From NCBI RefSeq assembly GCF_009914755.1, contig NC_060937.1: a stretch of DNA of 64,000 bases. One strand, given 5' to 3'. Shown in pieces: positions 12,884-26,155 of the stretch. Under the pieces are notes generated by a model, which did not search any database, was not told the origin of the DNA, and saw only the letters and a list, made by a program, of their open reading frames with translations. Origin of the DNA: the human T2T-CHM13v2.0 reference genome, Homo sapiens. The position numbers were made by a program, and so were the translations under genes. Numbering within the stretch: position 1 is the first letter of the stretch; every line of letters begins with the position of its first letter.

Positions 12884-13240
12884 AACTAGGATGTCCAGAA
12901 CAGTGTTAAGTAGAAGTAGTAACAGATTTTTTTCTCAGTCTCAGGGGAGTAATGTTCAATTGAATACACACTTTGCTTAATATTTTACAACTATCTATGT
13001 TAGTTTGCTGAGTATTTACATTAAATGAGAAGTTTTATCAGTGTTATTTTCAGCATCTATAAAGATATTTTTTCTCTCGATTTTATTAATGTGAATTATA
13101 CTAATTGATTTTAAATGATTAAATCAAATCATACTTGTTCATAACATACAATCATTTATATATAATTGTATTTAGAATACTAAGCTTTTGTTAAGAGAAT
13201 GTATCTTCATGAACGATATTGATCTTTTTCTTTTTTTTTT
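12884..13240 (-). mobile_element. Continuation of the old L1M interrupted by Charlie3
   Basis: 'actaggatgtccagaacagtgttaagtagaagtagt' continues the L1 motif ending at 10357; 'ttttcagcatctataaagat'. Confidence 0.65.
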
Positions 13241-15344
13241 TCATTTCAAGGAGTAATGCTAGAAAAGAAAGAGAATAAAGGGAAAGACAGGGAAAGCAGA
13301 TGAGGTATTCTTTATAAATAAACAGAAGGAGCCACTCAGGGGAGTATTAACTGCCTGTCATCCAGGCAAGGAAAAGTCCATTCCATGCCCTAGTTGTACT
13401 TAGTCCATCACTCATCCTTTTGTACCTTCTGGCCAAACAGGAATATGAAGCTGGGTGAAAAAGAGAAAATACTTCTCCTTTTTAAAAAATCTTTTTTCTT
13501 TTCTGTCCATGATGTTTAGGGATGTTGGAACAACTCTGTTACCAATTGAGGTCACATCCAAACCACAAAATTAAGTTGTTCTGTTCTTCCATCCTTAAAT
13601 AGCTATATTGAGAGGAAATTTAAACTTTACACATTTAAATTTAATTTACATGTACTCAAAGGGTAAATTTGTTATATATATAACTCCTAAAGTTCTGAGA
13701 CATTCATTAGCATTTTCAATAACTTATTCTTAGAAAGTCTTGTTTTGCCAGAAGTTGGAATTTATTTCAAAAGGTTTCAGTGCATTTTAGAATTTTTACC
13801 TGCAAGAGTTGAGTATGTTATAAATATGGTAAACATGCCACTCCCCATTCCTACACAGCACTGTAGTGATGTGTTGCCAATCAAGTTGGCAGGTGCAACT
13901 CTTGAGACATGTTGTATATTATGTCCACTTTGTGGATGAGCATGTAGCCAAACAGGTTTGAGTTAACACCATATAGAGTCACCCCTTTCCATCGCTGCGA
14001 AGAAGAGTTAAGCAAGCTGAGAACCAGGAGCCTCTGAGCAGTTGCCAAATCTTGTCTTCTATGTATATTTTTAAAGATTTCAAACTTTTTTATTAGAGTT
14101 ATTACATTTTTATTCAATTTAAAATTACCCTCTTTATTTTACTAATTCTGGCCTTCAATAACAGGATGAAAATAACATCAAAGAAAACTGTAATGACCTA
14201 AGCAAAAAATTTTAAAAAATCTTTTCTTTCTTTTAATGATATTTTTAAAAGCAGTGAATAATGCTGTTTTTTGTGTCACCAAGGGCACAGAAAACTCAAG
14301 TAATGGGCTGTATTTTCACCTAAGGTCCTTTTTTTCCTTCCCAGAGAGTACTTCATTGATACAAATACAGTAAACATAGAACAGTAAAGTTATTATTGAT
14401 TTATTTCATTTTCTTAGGGAAGCAAACAATCTGAAACTCTGCTACCTTGAAAAAATGACTATAACTTGTGATCAAAACTTCTCACAAATTTTAACACCAG
14501 TGACCACAAATTAGGAAACTTGGGCAGCCTGTTAGGCTGACTGGGTTTTTCCCAGACACCTGCAGCCTCACAGAATACCTGAACTTATTGGCAGTATCTT
14601 TCTCTCCTTTTTTCTCAAAGTCTACTCCCGTTCCCCCGACACCATAATAAACATTTGATGTTGAAAGTGTATCAAGGTTTGCAGACTATGTACTATTGTT
14701 TTGAGTAATTGTATTTTCAATGGACTTGATTGACATTGTATTTTTTATTTATAAAAAAAGATTATTTTATGATGCCATATGGAAACCTACTTCACTACTT
14801 TTAACAGCTCCCTTAAGATGTTTTTGAACCAGGTTGCTTCCAATTCTTTGCTACCACAAATAGTACCACAATGAACATCCTGAGGCCTTATGGAGCTGTG
14901 TGATAATTTCTTTAGAATATATGTACTCAGAACTGAAAAGACTGGTTAAAGTATGCTTAATATGATTAAGTGGTGTCACTTTGTTCTCTAGAAGGGCCAT
15001 AGGTTACACTGCTTTGATGTACTCATAAAGGTTCCCATATCCCACATCCTTGGCTAAATTTGGCTTCATTAAGCCAATATAATTATGCCAGCACGATAGG
15101 CGTAAAATGATTTTTCACTATTGCATTTCTATGATTTATTTGCACTTCTCTGATTAATAATACTTTTGAGCACCTCTTTACATGTTTATTTTCTGTCATG
15201 TACGTATTGTCTGTTTATTTTTCTTTGCATGTTTTTCTAAAGTTCTCAGTAAATTTGCAGGAGTTCCTCATACCTCTCACCAGGTATCACCAATATTTTC
15301 TCCTATTTCAATAACATCATTAACACGGTGACCAACAGAATATG

Positions 15345-15621
15345 TGGTTTAAATAAACTGTGGTAAAATATACAGAAAAATGTGGCCATCTTAACCATTT
15401 TTGTGTGTACAGTTCAGTAGTGTGAAACACATTCACATTGTTGTGCACCAATTTCCAGAACTTTTTTCATCTTTCAAAACTGAAACTTTATACCCAGGAA
15501 ACAGCAATTCTCTCTTCTCCCCTCCCTCTAGCTCCTGGCAACCACCATTTTACTTTCTATGTCTTTGATCTTGGTGCCTCATATACGCAAAATCACATAG
15601 TGTATGTATTTTTGTGGCTGG
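15345..15621 (-). mobile_element. L1MB-type 3' end
   Basis: 'ccatcttaaccatttttgtgtgtacagttcagtag..attcacattgttgtgca..cctggcaaccaccattttactttct'. Confidence 0.75.
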
Positions 15622-16257
15622 TCACAGAAAGTTTTAATAAATAAATCAGTGCATTTGGTCTTAGTGATTGTGGATTTGAAATTTTAAGAGGCCCTTTCTC
15701 TTTCTTAGGTCACAAAGATTCTCCAACATCTGTTCTGAAACAAAAGCTAAGTCTATGACAATTTTACAAAGATACCTTATAGTTTGACATTACTCATTTA
15801 GATCTTTATTTCATCTACAGTCTACCTTCAAATGCTGTATGTGGTTTTACTCAGGCATCCAGTTTTATTTTCTTCAAATAGTGAGCCAGTTTTCCCAATA
15901 TCATCTATTGAACAATACTTTCTTTTACTATTATTTGTAGTCCTACCTATATTACTTCCATATCAATTGTCTTATCTCTAACTTGCATTTTGTTCCATTG
16001 GTCTATCCATCTGTTCCTGCAACAAAACTATGTTGCTTTATTTAAAAAAAAAGATTATTCATGTACCTTTATTGTTCCAAATAAATCTCATAGTAAGTTT
16101 ATCAAGTTTCTCAAAACATTTAATTAGAATTTTGCTTAGGGTTGCTTTAAATGTGTAAGTGAGTTTCATTCATTCTATTCAAGTGTGTGAGATGTCTTTT
16201 CATTAATTCAGCTAATCTTCTATATCTTTTGCTAGCATTTTAACATTTTCTCCATAT

Positions 16258-16623
16258 TGCCATAGTCCATTTGGGCTGCTGTAGCAAAATACCAAAAGCT
16301 GGGTAGCTTATAAATAATAGAAGTTTATTTCTCACAATTTTGGAGGCAAGGAAGTCCAAGATCAAGATGGTGGCAGATACAGCATTTGTGGAGTGCCTGA
16401 CCTCTGGTTTATAGATGGTGTCTTTGTGCTGTAACCTCAACTGACAGCAGGAGCTAGGGATCTCTCTGGGACTTCTTTTATAAGGGCACGAATTCTATCT
16501 ATGAGGGCTCTGCCCTCATGACCTAATCACCTCCCAAATATCCCACCTAATAATGCTATTACCTTGAGGATTAGGATTTTAATGCATGCATTTTGCAGGG
16601 ACACAAACATTCAGATCACAGCA
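16258..16623 (-). mobile_element. MLT1A0-like MaLR solo LTR
   Basis: 'tagtccatttgggctgct..tttatttctcacaattttggaggc..aagtccaagatcaag..ccctcatgacctaatcacctcccaaa..gacacaaacattcagatcacagca'. Confidence 0.85.
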
Positions 16624-16859
16624 GAGATTTTTATAAATTCTTGTTAAAATTCCTAAATACATTGTAGATTTTATTGCAAGAGTTAGTATTCAATTTTAAA
16701 TGTTATTTTCTATTTGATTATTACAAGTGTTTAGAAAATTAGTTTTTGTGTGTTCCACTAACCCCTCTGTATTGAATCTTTTGTGTATATTGTAGCTGGA
16801 CACTACCAAAAGACTTAGTGACCAGTTGGACTAAATGAAGGGATTAAATTGATCTGAGT

Positions 16860-17208
16860 GTCTCAAGGTATAGATTGTACTGGATTCCTCCTGTGTACTG
16901 CTGCATATGCCTTCTGCCTTATTTCTGATTCCAGCCAATGGTCCTACGTAGAGTTAGACCAATTTCATGTTGACCACATGTCCATTGCTGGTCATTTGTT
17001 TCCTGCCCTGGAACATCTCTGACTTAGGGAATGTGATGACTATGATAACTCACCTAACACTCACAATGGGCAACTCAGAACTGCTGGAGGACAATTTTGA
17101 GGTACATTTCGTGGCTCCACAGTTGATTGAGCACCAGTTTTCCACATTGGTTAGCAATTTAATAACACATCTTTGTATAGGCTTGTCCCTCTTCTCTTTT
17201 TCACCTTT
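16860..17208 (+). mobile_element. LTR33-like ERVL LTR fragment
   Basis: 'tttctgattccagcca', 'ttcctgccctggaacatctct', 'aacacatctttgtataggcttgtccctctt' resemble LTR33. Confidence 0.45.
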
Positions 17209-17210
17209 TG

Positions 17211-17495
17211 TTGTAGTCAGGGCTCTCTAGAGAAATACAATCAATAGGAGATAAGATATATATTATAATATGTGTGTGTGTATATATATATACACACACA
17301 TATATGTATATATACACATATATCATATATGATATACATCTTATGTGTATATATTTTTATATTTGTATATATTTGCTCTTATATATGATATATGATATAA
17401 ATATATCAATACAATATTATATAATATGTATCATATATCTGTATCATATCTATAATATGATATATAATATTGTATATATACACACGGTGTATATT
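17211..17495 (-). mobile_element. MLT2 LTR terminus followed by an expanded degenerate (TA)n tract
   Basis: 'tagtcagggctctctagagaaatacaatcaataggaga' is the reversed MLT2 end; ~240 bp TA/CA-rich low complexity follows. Confidence 0.6.
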
Positions 17496-18799
17496 TTGTG
17501 GCTCCACAGTTGGAAGTTGCTGCAAGGCAAAAAACATTGGAGAAGTCACTATAATGTGACTATGTGAGGAGAGGAAGAAAACATAGCAAATTGTTTGCTC
17601 TAAGTTGACATGCTGAGCTTAGCTAAATTTATCCTAAGAATAGCTGCAAAATGCTGGTTGCTAGTGGGATCCATCATTACCATTAATGGTTGGAACTGTC
17701 ACAGTTGCTTTTATTTACTGAATGAAAGAAAAACTGTTAAGATTTTTGAATAACTCGACTTTGTCTAAAGATTAAAAGCATTGTACTATTTAACATGTTT
17801 CAATAGAAAAAAGTTTATTGTTCCTAATTGACAGTAACTGTATATACATTGTTTTACCTTCATATAAATTTTAAAAAGACACATAATTTTCTGATCTTGT
17901 ATTGCCCCATTACATTAAGACTGCTAACAAGTGATATTTATCATATGGTGAAAATACTGCAATGCATGCAAAAAGGATTACATTTTGCTCTTGCATACAC
18001 TTGACCTTTTAAGCTGCCTATCAATTGGAGAGATTTTTAGCTGATAGCAATACTGACAGCCCTTTTTGTGGCTGACTGCTGGGAGATGTAGCAATCATTG
18101 ACACCAGTTAACCTCTGACATTTCCTTTATATCATGCAGCGTTATTGTCTGTTGGTTGAAGGCAATTTATTTCCACTTCCAGACTCTTGGTTTTACCCAA
18201 TCATGCTTATACAGTGGTATTTAGAATGAAAAGAAGGAAGCTCTGCTAGGTTCTGCTAAAGTTTAGATTTGCCTTGAAAATTTCTGAAGATGCCCTGTGC
18301 AAATTGATATTTTTATGCCACTGAATAGTTTACTCAAAGATGAGATAGTAGGAGCACCTTTAGTGTCAACCAGAGGGTGACAGCCAGTTGCCACTTTCTT
18401 TTGCTCTGGTGTCTCTGGGGTGTAGTGGATTTTTTCCTAGTAGAAGTTTATAAGAATGGCTAACAAATCTCTGAAATTAAATTTTATTCTGTAAATGATC
18501 AGAAGCTCATTGAAATGATATCAGGCCCAAGTTGAGTTCTTCACAGATAATAGAAAAGGAAATAAATCTTTAAAGTGGTGAAAACCCACCTAGGTCAGTC
18601 TTGTTGAAAGCCAATTTAAATCTAACCTAGATTTGATTAAAAGTAAAAGCAAGTAGTATGATTCCTAAAAAAACATTAGTCTGAGCCTATTATCATTTGA
18701 TTTATTACTAGTTGTCTGTTATACAAATGCTAATTATTAAATGTTGTCAAGATTTTTTATGTCTGCAATTTTTATGAGCAATTTTTTAAGATGATTGAT

Positions 18800-19265
<466 letters not shown>

Positions 19266-19619
19266 GTAGCCATTCTTAGATTTATCATTTGAAGTTAATC
19301 AGACCCTATGTGTCTTGGGGGCCCTGCAGAGCTGAGTGAGAGGCAGAATGATCTCCCTATTGCATTTTTGTCATGGATGCCAATTCTATAATTGTATTCT
19401 CCCTACTCAGGGTCATTTCTCTACTTAGATGAAGTATATCTACACTTTCAGACAGTAATCTGGACTAAAGCACCATAAACCAAGTTCATAGGCATCATTC
19501 TAGTAAGTGTAAAATTCTTTAATGTTTGGTTTATAGCATCAAAAAAGATTTGAATATTTTTAGCTGCTATCTTTGTAAGTGATCTCTTTATATATTAGTC
19601 ATTATGAAGCTCTACTTTT

Positions 19620-21895
19620 TCATTTTTTAATAATTTATGTGTTTATTCTTTGAGAAATGGCTCTTACCAACAAGAGTATAAAGAATGATCATGAAACCCA
19701 CTTATGTAGCTACCATGGAGCTTAAAAAATATAAAACAGTAACAATGTATCTGAAGTTTCCTGTATTATTCCTCAGTCTCTCATTCTTCAAGCTTACCTT
19801 GGTTCTAATTTTTGGGTGGATGATTATTGTGCCTTTATAAAAATAGTTTACTATATACTGATATACCCATAAACAACATTCTGCTTACTTTTGTAAGTTT
19901 ATACAAGTTTTTAAAAAATAACCATATGCAATGACTTTTAGCAATTTTTATTTTTTTTTTAATCATTAGCTGGGCATGGTGGCTTGCACCTGCAATCCTC
20001 TTGATTTGGGAGGCTGAGGATTGCTTGAGGCCAGGAGTTCAAGACCAGCCTGGGCAATATAGTGAGACCCTATCACTAAAAGATTAAAAATAAATAAATG
20101 AAATCATTGAAATAGTTGAGATAATTTTTTAAACTCTTAATTTGATGAATTACATTAAATGATTTTTTAATGTTAATCCAAACTTGCAGATACTTACATA
20201 AATGCAATTGATGCATGATATATTATCTTATATGTGAATTGTTGGGTTTGATTTGCTCATATTTTGTTTAGAATTTTTATTTTAATATTAATGGCTTATA
20301 TTGACTCAAATTTTCTTTCTTATACATTTCTTGTCTGTTTTCAAAATCAAAGATGTATATTGGCCTCTTCAAAGGAGACAGAGAGTGCTTCTACTTTTTC
20401 TCTTCTCTAGAATTGTTTGTATAAATTGGATTTTCTTTTCATTGAGGTTTGATTGAATTCCCCTGCAAAACCATGTTTTATTTGTGGAAGATATTTAATT
20501 ACTGCTTCAATTGATATAATAAATATAGACCTTCTCAGGTGGACCTAATTTTTCTAAAGATATTTTCATAATATTTTCTAGAAATTTGTCTATTTTATCT
20601 AAGCTTTCAAATGTACTGTCATAAGGTCATTAATATTTTCTTATATTTAACCTGCTTAATCTATAGTTCATTACTTTCTTATTTCTAATACTACTTATTT
20701 AAAATTATATTTATCTTTTACCATAGTTAAACCAGTTTATGACTTTGTTGAGCCTGTCTTTAAGTTTTTGTCTTCTGCTTTTTTTAATGTTAGCCTTTAT
20801 AATTTTTATTTCATTCCTTCATCTATTTGGGTTCAATTCATATTCTTTTTCTGATTTTTTAAGTTTGATATTTATTTCATTAATTTCTAGTATTTCTTGT
20901 TTTCTATTTTAAAAACCAAGGCTATTAATTTTCCTTTATATGCCATTCTTCAAACTTATATATGCAGTATTTTTTGCTTATAAGTATTTTCTAATACCTA
21001 TATTAGTTCTTTTTTAAGCCACAAGCTATTAAGAAGTGTGCTTTTTCCACCCTTAATGTAGGAGTTTTTTGAAGTTGTGTTTTTCTTGTTGTTTTCTAAC
21101 TTAACTACATTGAGGTCAGAAAATATGCTCTTTATATGAGTAATTCTTAGAAAGTCTTTGAGAATTGGTTTATGGCACATGGAGTCCTAATGTCCTATGT
21201 ATGATGAAAAGTATGTTGATTTTTCCAATTTTACAATATAGTATTCTGCCTTTGTTCCTTGAATTAAGCTTAATTGTGTAAAAGTTTTGCTTTTTTTCCT
21301 GCTTAATCTGTTAGTGACTGAATGAGGTAAGTAAAATTATTCCATTTTTATAGTAGATTTGTTATGTTTTCTTTGTAGTTTGCTCACTTTGTGCTTAATA
21401 CATTTTGAAGCTAGGTTTTTACACTCATGAGTTTAGAATTGTTATATCTTTTTGGAAGATAAATTTGTATCAATATGTAATGATCCTTTTAATCACTAGC
21501 AATATCCACATTTTAAATGTCTATTTTGTCTCATCTTAATACAGCTTTAGCAGCCTTTGTATGACTAGTGTTGGTTAGGCATTTTTTTTTAAGTTTGCTT
21601 TCAATCTTTCTGTATATTTATGTTTTAGGTTGGTGGCATGCAAATAACATATTGGACTTGACAATCTCTACATTTTAACTTCAAATTTTAATCCATTTAT
21701 ATTGATTTAGATTACTTATAATTGTTGTAATTATCAGATTAATTATTATTTATTGCACTCCTTTTGACTTTTTTTCCCCAAATATCGTGGTTTTATTTAT
21801 TTTGTTATTCTCCTCTCTTTGCTCCACCAACACTAACTAGTATGGATATTACTTTATTTCCAATCTTTAAATAGATACTCTAAAAACTTTAACAT
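19620..21895 (-). mobile_element. Old L1M/L1ME fragments including ORF2 endonuclease-end region
   Basis: ORF 20998-21180 (HKPILKDFLRITHIKSIFSDLNVVKLE..TLLNSLWLKKEL) resembles L1 ORF2p 'IFSDHNGIKLEI..TLLNNQWVKEEI'; T-rich antisense L1 texture. Confidence 0.75.
19968..20099 (+). mobile_element. FLAM / free left Alu monomer (probable donor copy) inserted in old L1
   Basis: 'agctgggcatggtggcttgcacctgcaatcc..ttgaggccaggagttcaagaccagcctgggcaatatagtgagacc'; A-tail; flanked by aatcatt on both sides (TSD-like). Confidence 0.9.
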
Positions 21896-21897
21896 GC

Positions 21898-22745
21898 ATT
21901 TTAAACAGCTCTATTGAGATATAACTCATGTATCATCCAGTTCATTCTATAAAACGTACGATGGTTTTTAGTATACTCATGGAATTATGCAACCATCACA
22001 TTTACACTATTTTCATCAACCTCCAAAGGAACCCTACATCCATTTTAGTTAGTAGTCACTCTGTCCCTACCAGCAGTAAGCCACAACTAATATAAACTTG
22101 ATTATTCTGGACATTTAAATGGAATACAATATGGCTTCTTTCAAGACTGGCTTCTTTCATTTTGTGTAATACTTACAAGGTTTATCCATCAGTATTTCAT
22201 CACATCTTATGACTGAATAATGTTCCATTGTATGGTTATGCTATGTGCTGTTTTTCCACTCATCAGTTGCTGGACATTTGGGTTGTTTACGTTTTAGCTA
22301 TTATGAATAGTGCTGTCATGTACTAGTATTTGTGTGGACTTATGTCTTCATTTCTCATGTATATATATCTAAGAGAAGAATTGCAAATCGTATGGTAATT
22401 ATTTAACTTGTTGAGAACTGCCAAACTGTTTTTTAGGTTAGCATTTTTCCAATGACTAATGATGTTAGGCATCTTTTTACATGCTTATTGGACATTTGTA
22501 TATTGTTTTTGGAACAATGTCTATTCAGATCCTTCACTCATTTTAGAATTCAGCTATTTGTCTTTTTATTTTTGAGTCACAAGAGTTCTTTGTATATTCT
22601 GAATACAAGCTTCTTGTCATATAAATGTTTGCAAACATATTTTCCTATTAGAGGTTTTCTTTTCACCTTCTTGATGATGTCCTTTAATGCATAAAATTTT
22701 TATTTTGATTGAGTTCAATTTATCTAAATTTTCTTTTGAAACATA
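21898..22745 (-). mobile_element. L1MB-type 3' end plus ORF2 C-terminal region
   Basis: 'aacagctctattgagatataactca', 'ggacatttgggttgttt..gctattatgaatagtgctg', 'aatgactaatgatgtt..ggaacaatgtctattcagatcc'. Confidence 0.8.
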
Positions 22746-23436
22746 GAGGTGGTACCTTACAACTGTAATAGTTGTTGGTTTAGGATTTGGGAATTTAGTA
22801 TTTTGGACACATCCTTTTGTTCAAGACACAAGAATTATTAGGAATAAATCCAAATAAATATATCAAGCTCCCTGTGTCTTAGTAGTTTACAGCCTACCTA
22901 GGTATAAGTATATTTGCAATTAAAACATTAAATAAGATTTACACGTATTTAAGCTTTTAATATTGGCTTCAGAGTCTTGAAAGTTACTTATTAAAGTCCT
23001 TTCCACCACCAATTCTAATTAATGGTTTATTTACATCTAGTTCTGGACCTGCCTGAATGTTTTTCAGAGTTATTTTACCTAATTAAAAAACATCTACTTT
23101 AGCTTTTTGATAGTAAAAGAAACGGCAGATTATATTTGCATTACTAAGAAGTTCACAGTATCAAGCTTTGAATTTTATGATTTGGTTAAAACAAAAGCAA
23201 AATGGCTGATTTTATTTTCACTTTTTTTCTAATTTTAAAATTTATTTTTGACAGCATTCTAATGTCAAACAAGATGCTGAAGTGTAGGAGTAGCCAAAAG
23301 ATAAAGAGTCAGAGAAGTGCCTAATCTGGAGAGATAATTTTTATCTAAACAGGCCCAGGGATATTTTTGGAAAGCTGAAAAGAATAGCTTCATAGGATAG
23401 TTCTGCCAAGCTTGAACAGAGATATTTCCTTTTGCC

Positions 23437-23438
<2 letters not shown>

Positions 23439-23474
<36 letters not shown>
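23439..23474. repeat. (TG)18 microsatellite
   Basis: Direct reading. Confidence 0.95.
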
Positions 23475-23475
<1 letters not shown>

Positions 23476-23739
23476 ATGTGTGTTCTTCCAAATTAAATGA
23501 TTTCTATAGCTAGGCTGGCCCTTGGGAAGATACTCAGCACCTACTAGCCCAGAGTTGGAGGAACATGGGATAGTTGGGTGCAGTTCCACCCAACAAGAGT
23601 TATTAGATATGCTAGAAACCAGGGGCATGGAAATAAAAAAAGAAAACACATTTTTCTTCCTCTAAGCTGAATTGGTAGAGTAGAAAAAAGAGACACTTGA
23701 AAACCCCCAACTTTACTATGTTTTGACAAGTGCTGCAAA

Positions 23740-23900
23740 ATCTTCCTCTAGTTTGCTAAGACAGCCTTATAGAAAAATAACATAATTATGAGAGTGACAT
23801 CCTGTCACCTTTGACAGATTGGGTTGGTTAGATGCAAGTCTTAGGCTCTGCCTGAACACAAGGAGAGGAGATTATACAAGGGCATGGCTCACTGGGGTGT
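23740..23900 (-). mobile_element. Old MaLR LTR fragment (MLT1F-I-like)
   Basis: 'gagtgacatcctgtcacctttg..ggttagatgcaagtc..aggagaggagattatacaagggcatg'. Confidence 0.6.
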
Positions 23901-26029
23901 GTTCACCCCAGTGGGAAATGCAGTTTTTGGTTGCTTAGGCTCTGCGATACACAAATTGGAAGAATTGTTAAGAGAGCCTATCTGTTGTGCCTCCACCCTT
24001 ATGTTTCAGGACAGGCTAGTGATCCAGTGTGGCTGGAGCCTATGCCCTCTAGGGATGTTTCACTATGGATAAAGCTGGAGAGGTAGGTAGAAGCCCAATT
24101 ATTAATAAAGTGTCTGGTGTATCGCAGTAAGGAGTAAGGGGAGCCTGTGAACTCTTAATGCAAGGAAACAATAAAATCTGAATTTTGGAAATATTTGGAA
24201 AGAAAGTGTATTGGGTTTTTAGTGCTATGCAGTAAGTTACTGTGTAATTGGCAGTGTAAAACAATGCATATTTAATAGCTCACAGTTCTATAGATCAGAA
24301 GTTTGTATAGGGTCCTCATTCTACCCATTGGAGCCTTAAGTAACAGACTGGTTACTACATGGCCTTTGAAGTTCATGTATTAGCATATCCTGATATCTGA
24401 AGGGGATTTTAAGAAGACAATAAAAACATTGTTGTATACGACTGAGCTCAGGATCCATAATAAGCAATCACACACAACTTTCTACAAGTGGTATGCAGTA
24501 TATATCTGTATTAGTTCTAATTCTGTATCACTAAGTAGTTGGTGTTTACCTGTAATCTTGGTAGCTGAGAAGCAGTCTTTGACTTCCTAAATTGAGTCCC
24601 CCCCCTACCCCGCCCTGCCCTGCTCTTCCTTTCAGCTGTTAGTGCTGGAAAGTCAGATTCTTGGTTCCTGGTCTTCATTCCCCAGTTATGGCCTTTACTT
24701 CTGCATTTGCTCAAAACACCATCTTTAATCATCAAGTCTAATGGGTTCCTTTGCTACATCCAGAGTGCTTTGCAAAGTCATGGCTTCCACTTTATGTCTA
24801 AAGACCATTTTCCTTCTTTGTTGCACTCTATAACTCAATGGTGATGGTTTTTGCTTTTAAACTAAGGAACATTGGCTATACCTGCAAACACACTCTGTAA
24901 AGTGAAATGAACTTGACAATTGAGACAAGGAATAGAAAAATGATTTCGACAAAAATATATTGTTTTACTTATTTCTAGAAGTCCTTCTTTTCATTCTCAG
25001 TCTGCTTCTTACTTCACATAGCCTCTTTTTGTATGCTCATCTTTGTGATAACAAAGGAAACACCTTTATTTATTTATATTTCATACACGGCCCTTCTACA
25101 AATCTATTGTTCCTACCAACTGTTACTTGTAGTGGCTTGCACTGTGACCTTAGATTTATTGGTGAACATATTGGTTCTGGGGCTCTAACTCAAGCTAGCT
25201 TTGGTTTAAATTGTATATGCTTCTGCTGTTACAGATGGCTACCAACTTGTAACTGCATTTGTCTGCTTTGAGGATTTTTTTCTCAGTAGGTGAGAACCAG
25301 GCTGTGTTCCTCATCTCTCTGCTTGTCCAAGATTCTGAATTCCAACAGGGTCACCACTTTGCCTTAGTTCAGACCCTTGCTCACTTTATTTTATTTTATT
25401 TTATTTTGGTGGTGGTGGTGGGGTTATTCCTAGTGAAAGCTATGATTATTGTGCAGTGGGAGGGGCCCTTTAGTATCTCGATGGACATCACGCTGTATCA
25501 CAATCAGGCCTTGGATCATGCAGACACAAAGCAATGATTACATTTCATTTGTGATACTATTAAGGATATTTTTCCTGGCTGCAATAACTCAAAATATTTT
25601 ACTTATTTCCCACTTCATGCACATTGATTTTTTTGGGTAATGGTAGCAGAAAATATGTGATTACCAGAGGAACGTCGATCAAGGCATTGAGGTTAGTGAA
25701 GCTTCTAAAAGTAGAAGAAAGCTGAATGTTTATTTTATTTTACTTTTATAAGACATAGGCTAGTAGTGCAGAACAGGAACACTTCCTATTCATTGGTAAC
25801 AACAAAGACCTTTTAGTCATGGCAAATTACATTCCTAGAAAAGTATTTTAATGGGAATAATTATTTTGACTCTGATTTTCTGTAATAATGCTATATGAAA
25901 AATAATACTTCTGATTTGATATTTAAAAATATGCTTCAATAATGTATTGATAGGCATCTAACAAAGGACAGAATTTGTTTTCTCCTCTATTGTGATTTTC
26001 TGAACATCTTGTATATTCTTAAAGTAATT

Positions 26030-26155
26030 GTGTACAAGAATTAGTCTCTGAGGGCATGAACTAAATTTTATTCATCTTTATATCTTTATACACTTTGTAT
26101 TCCTTGATCCAGTGCCTGGCATACAATAGTTATGCAATAACTATTTGTAAAATAA
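26030..26155 (+). mobile_element. L2 3' end
   Basis: 'ctgagggcatgaact..ttcatctttatatc..cagtgcctggcataca..aataactatttg'. Confidence 0.6.

Larger units (their letters stand above)
14750..16750 (-). mobile_element. Old L1ME-like element, interrupted by an L1MB 3' end and an MLT1A0 LTR
   Basis: 'ctaccacaaatagtaccacaatgaacatcc', 'ccagttttcccaatatcatctattgaa', 'ttgttccattggtctat'. Confidence 0.65.

Noticed and set aside
17274-17567. Low-complexity ORFs (also 23265, 42868, 49560)
   Set aside because: Translations of TA, TG and TC microsatellites
25235-25289. Other splice-site-bounded candidates (also ~26820-26938, ~58870, ~63378)
   Set aside because: Plausible AG/GT signals but the frames I translated stop early or give no recognisable protein, and partner sites are weak or absent; expected by chance in 64 kb
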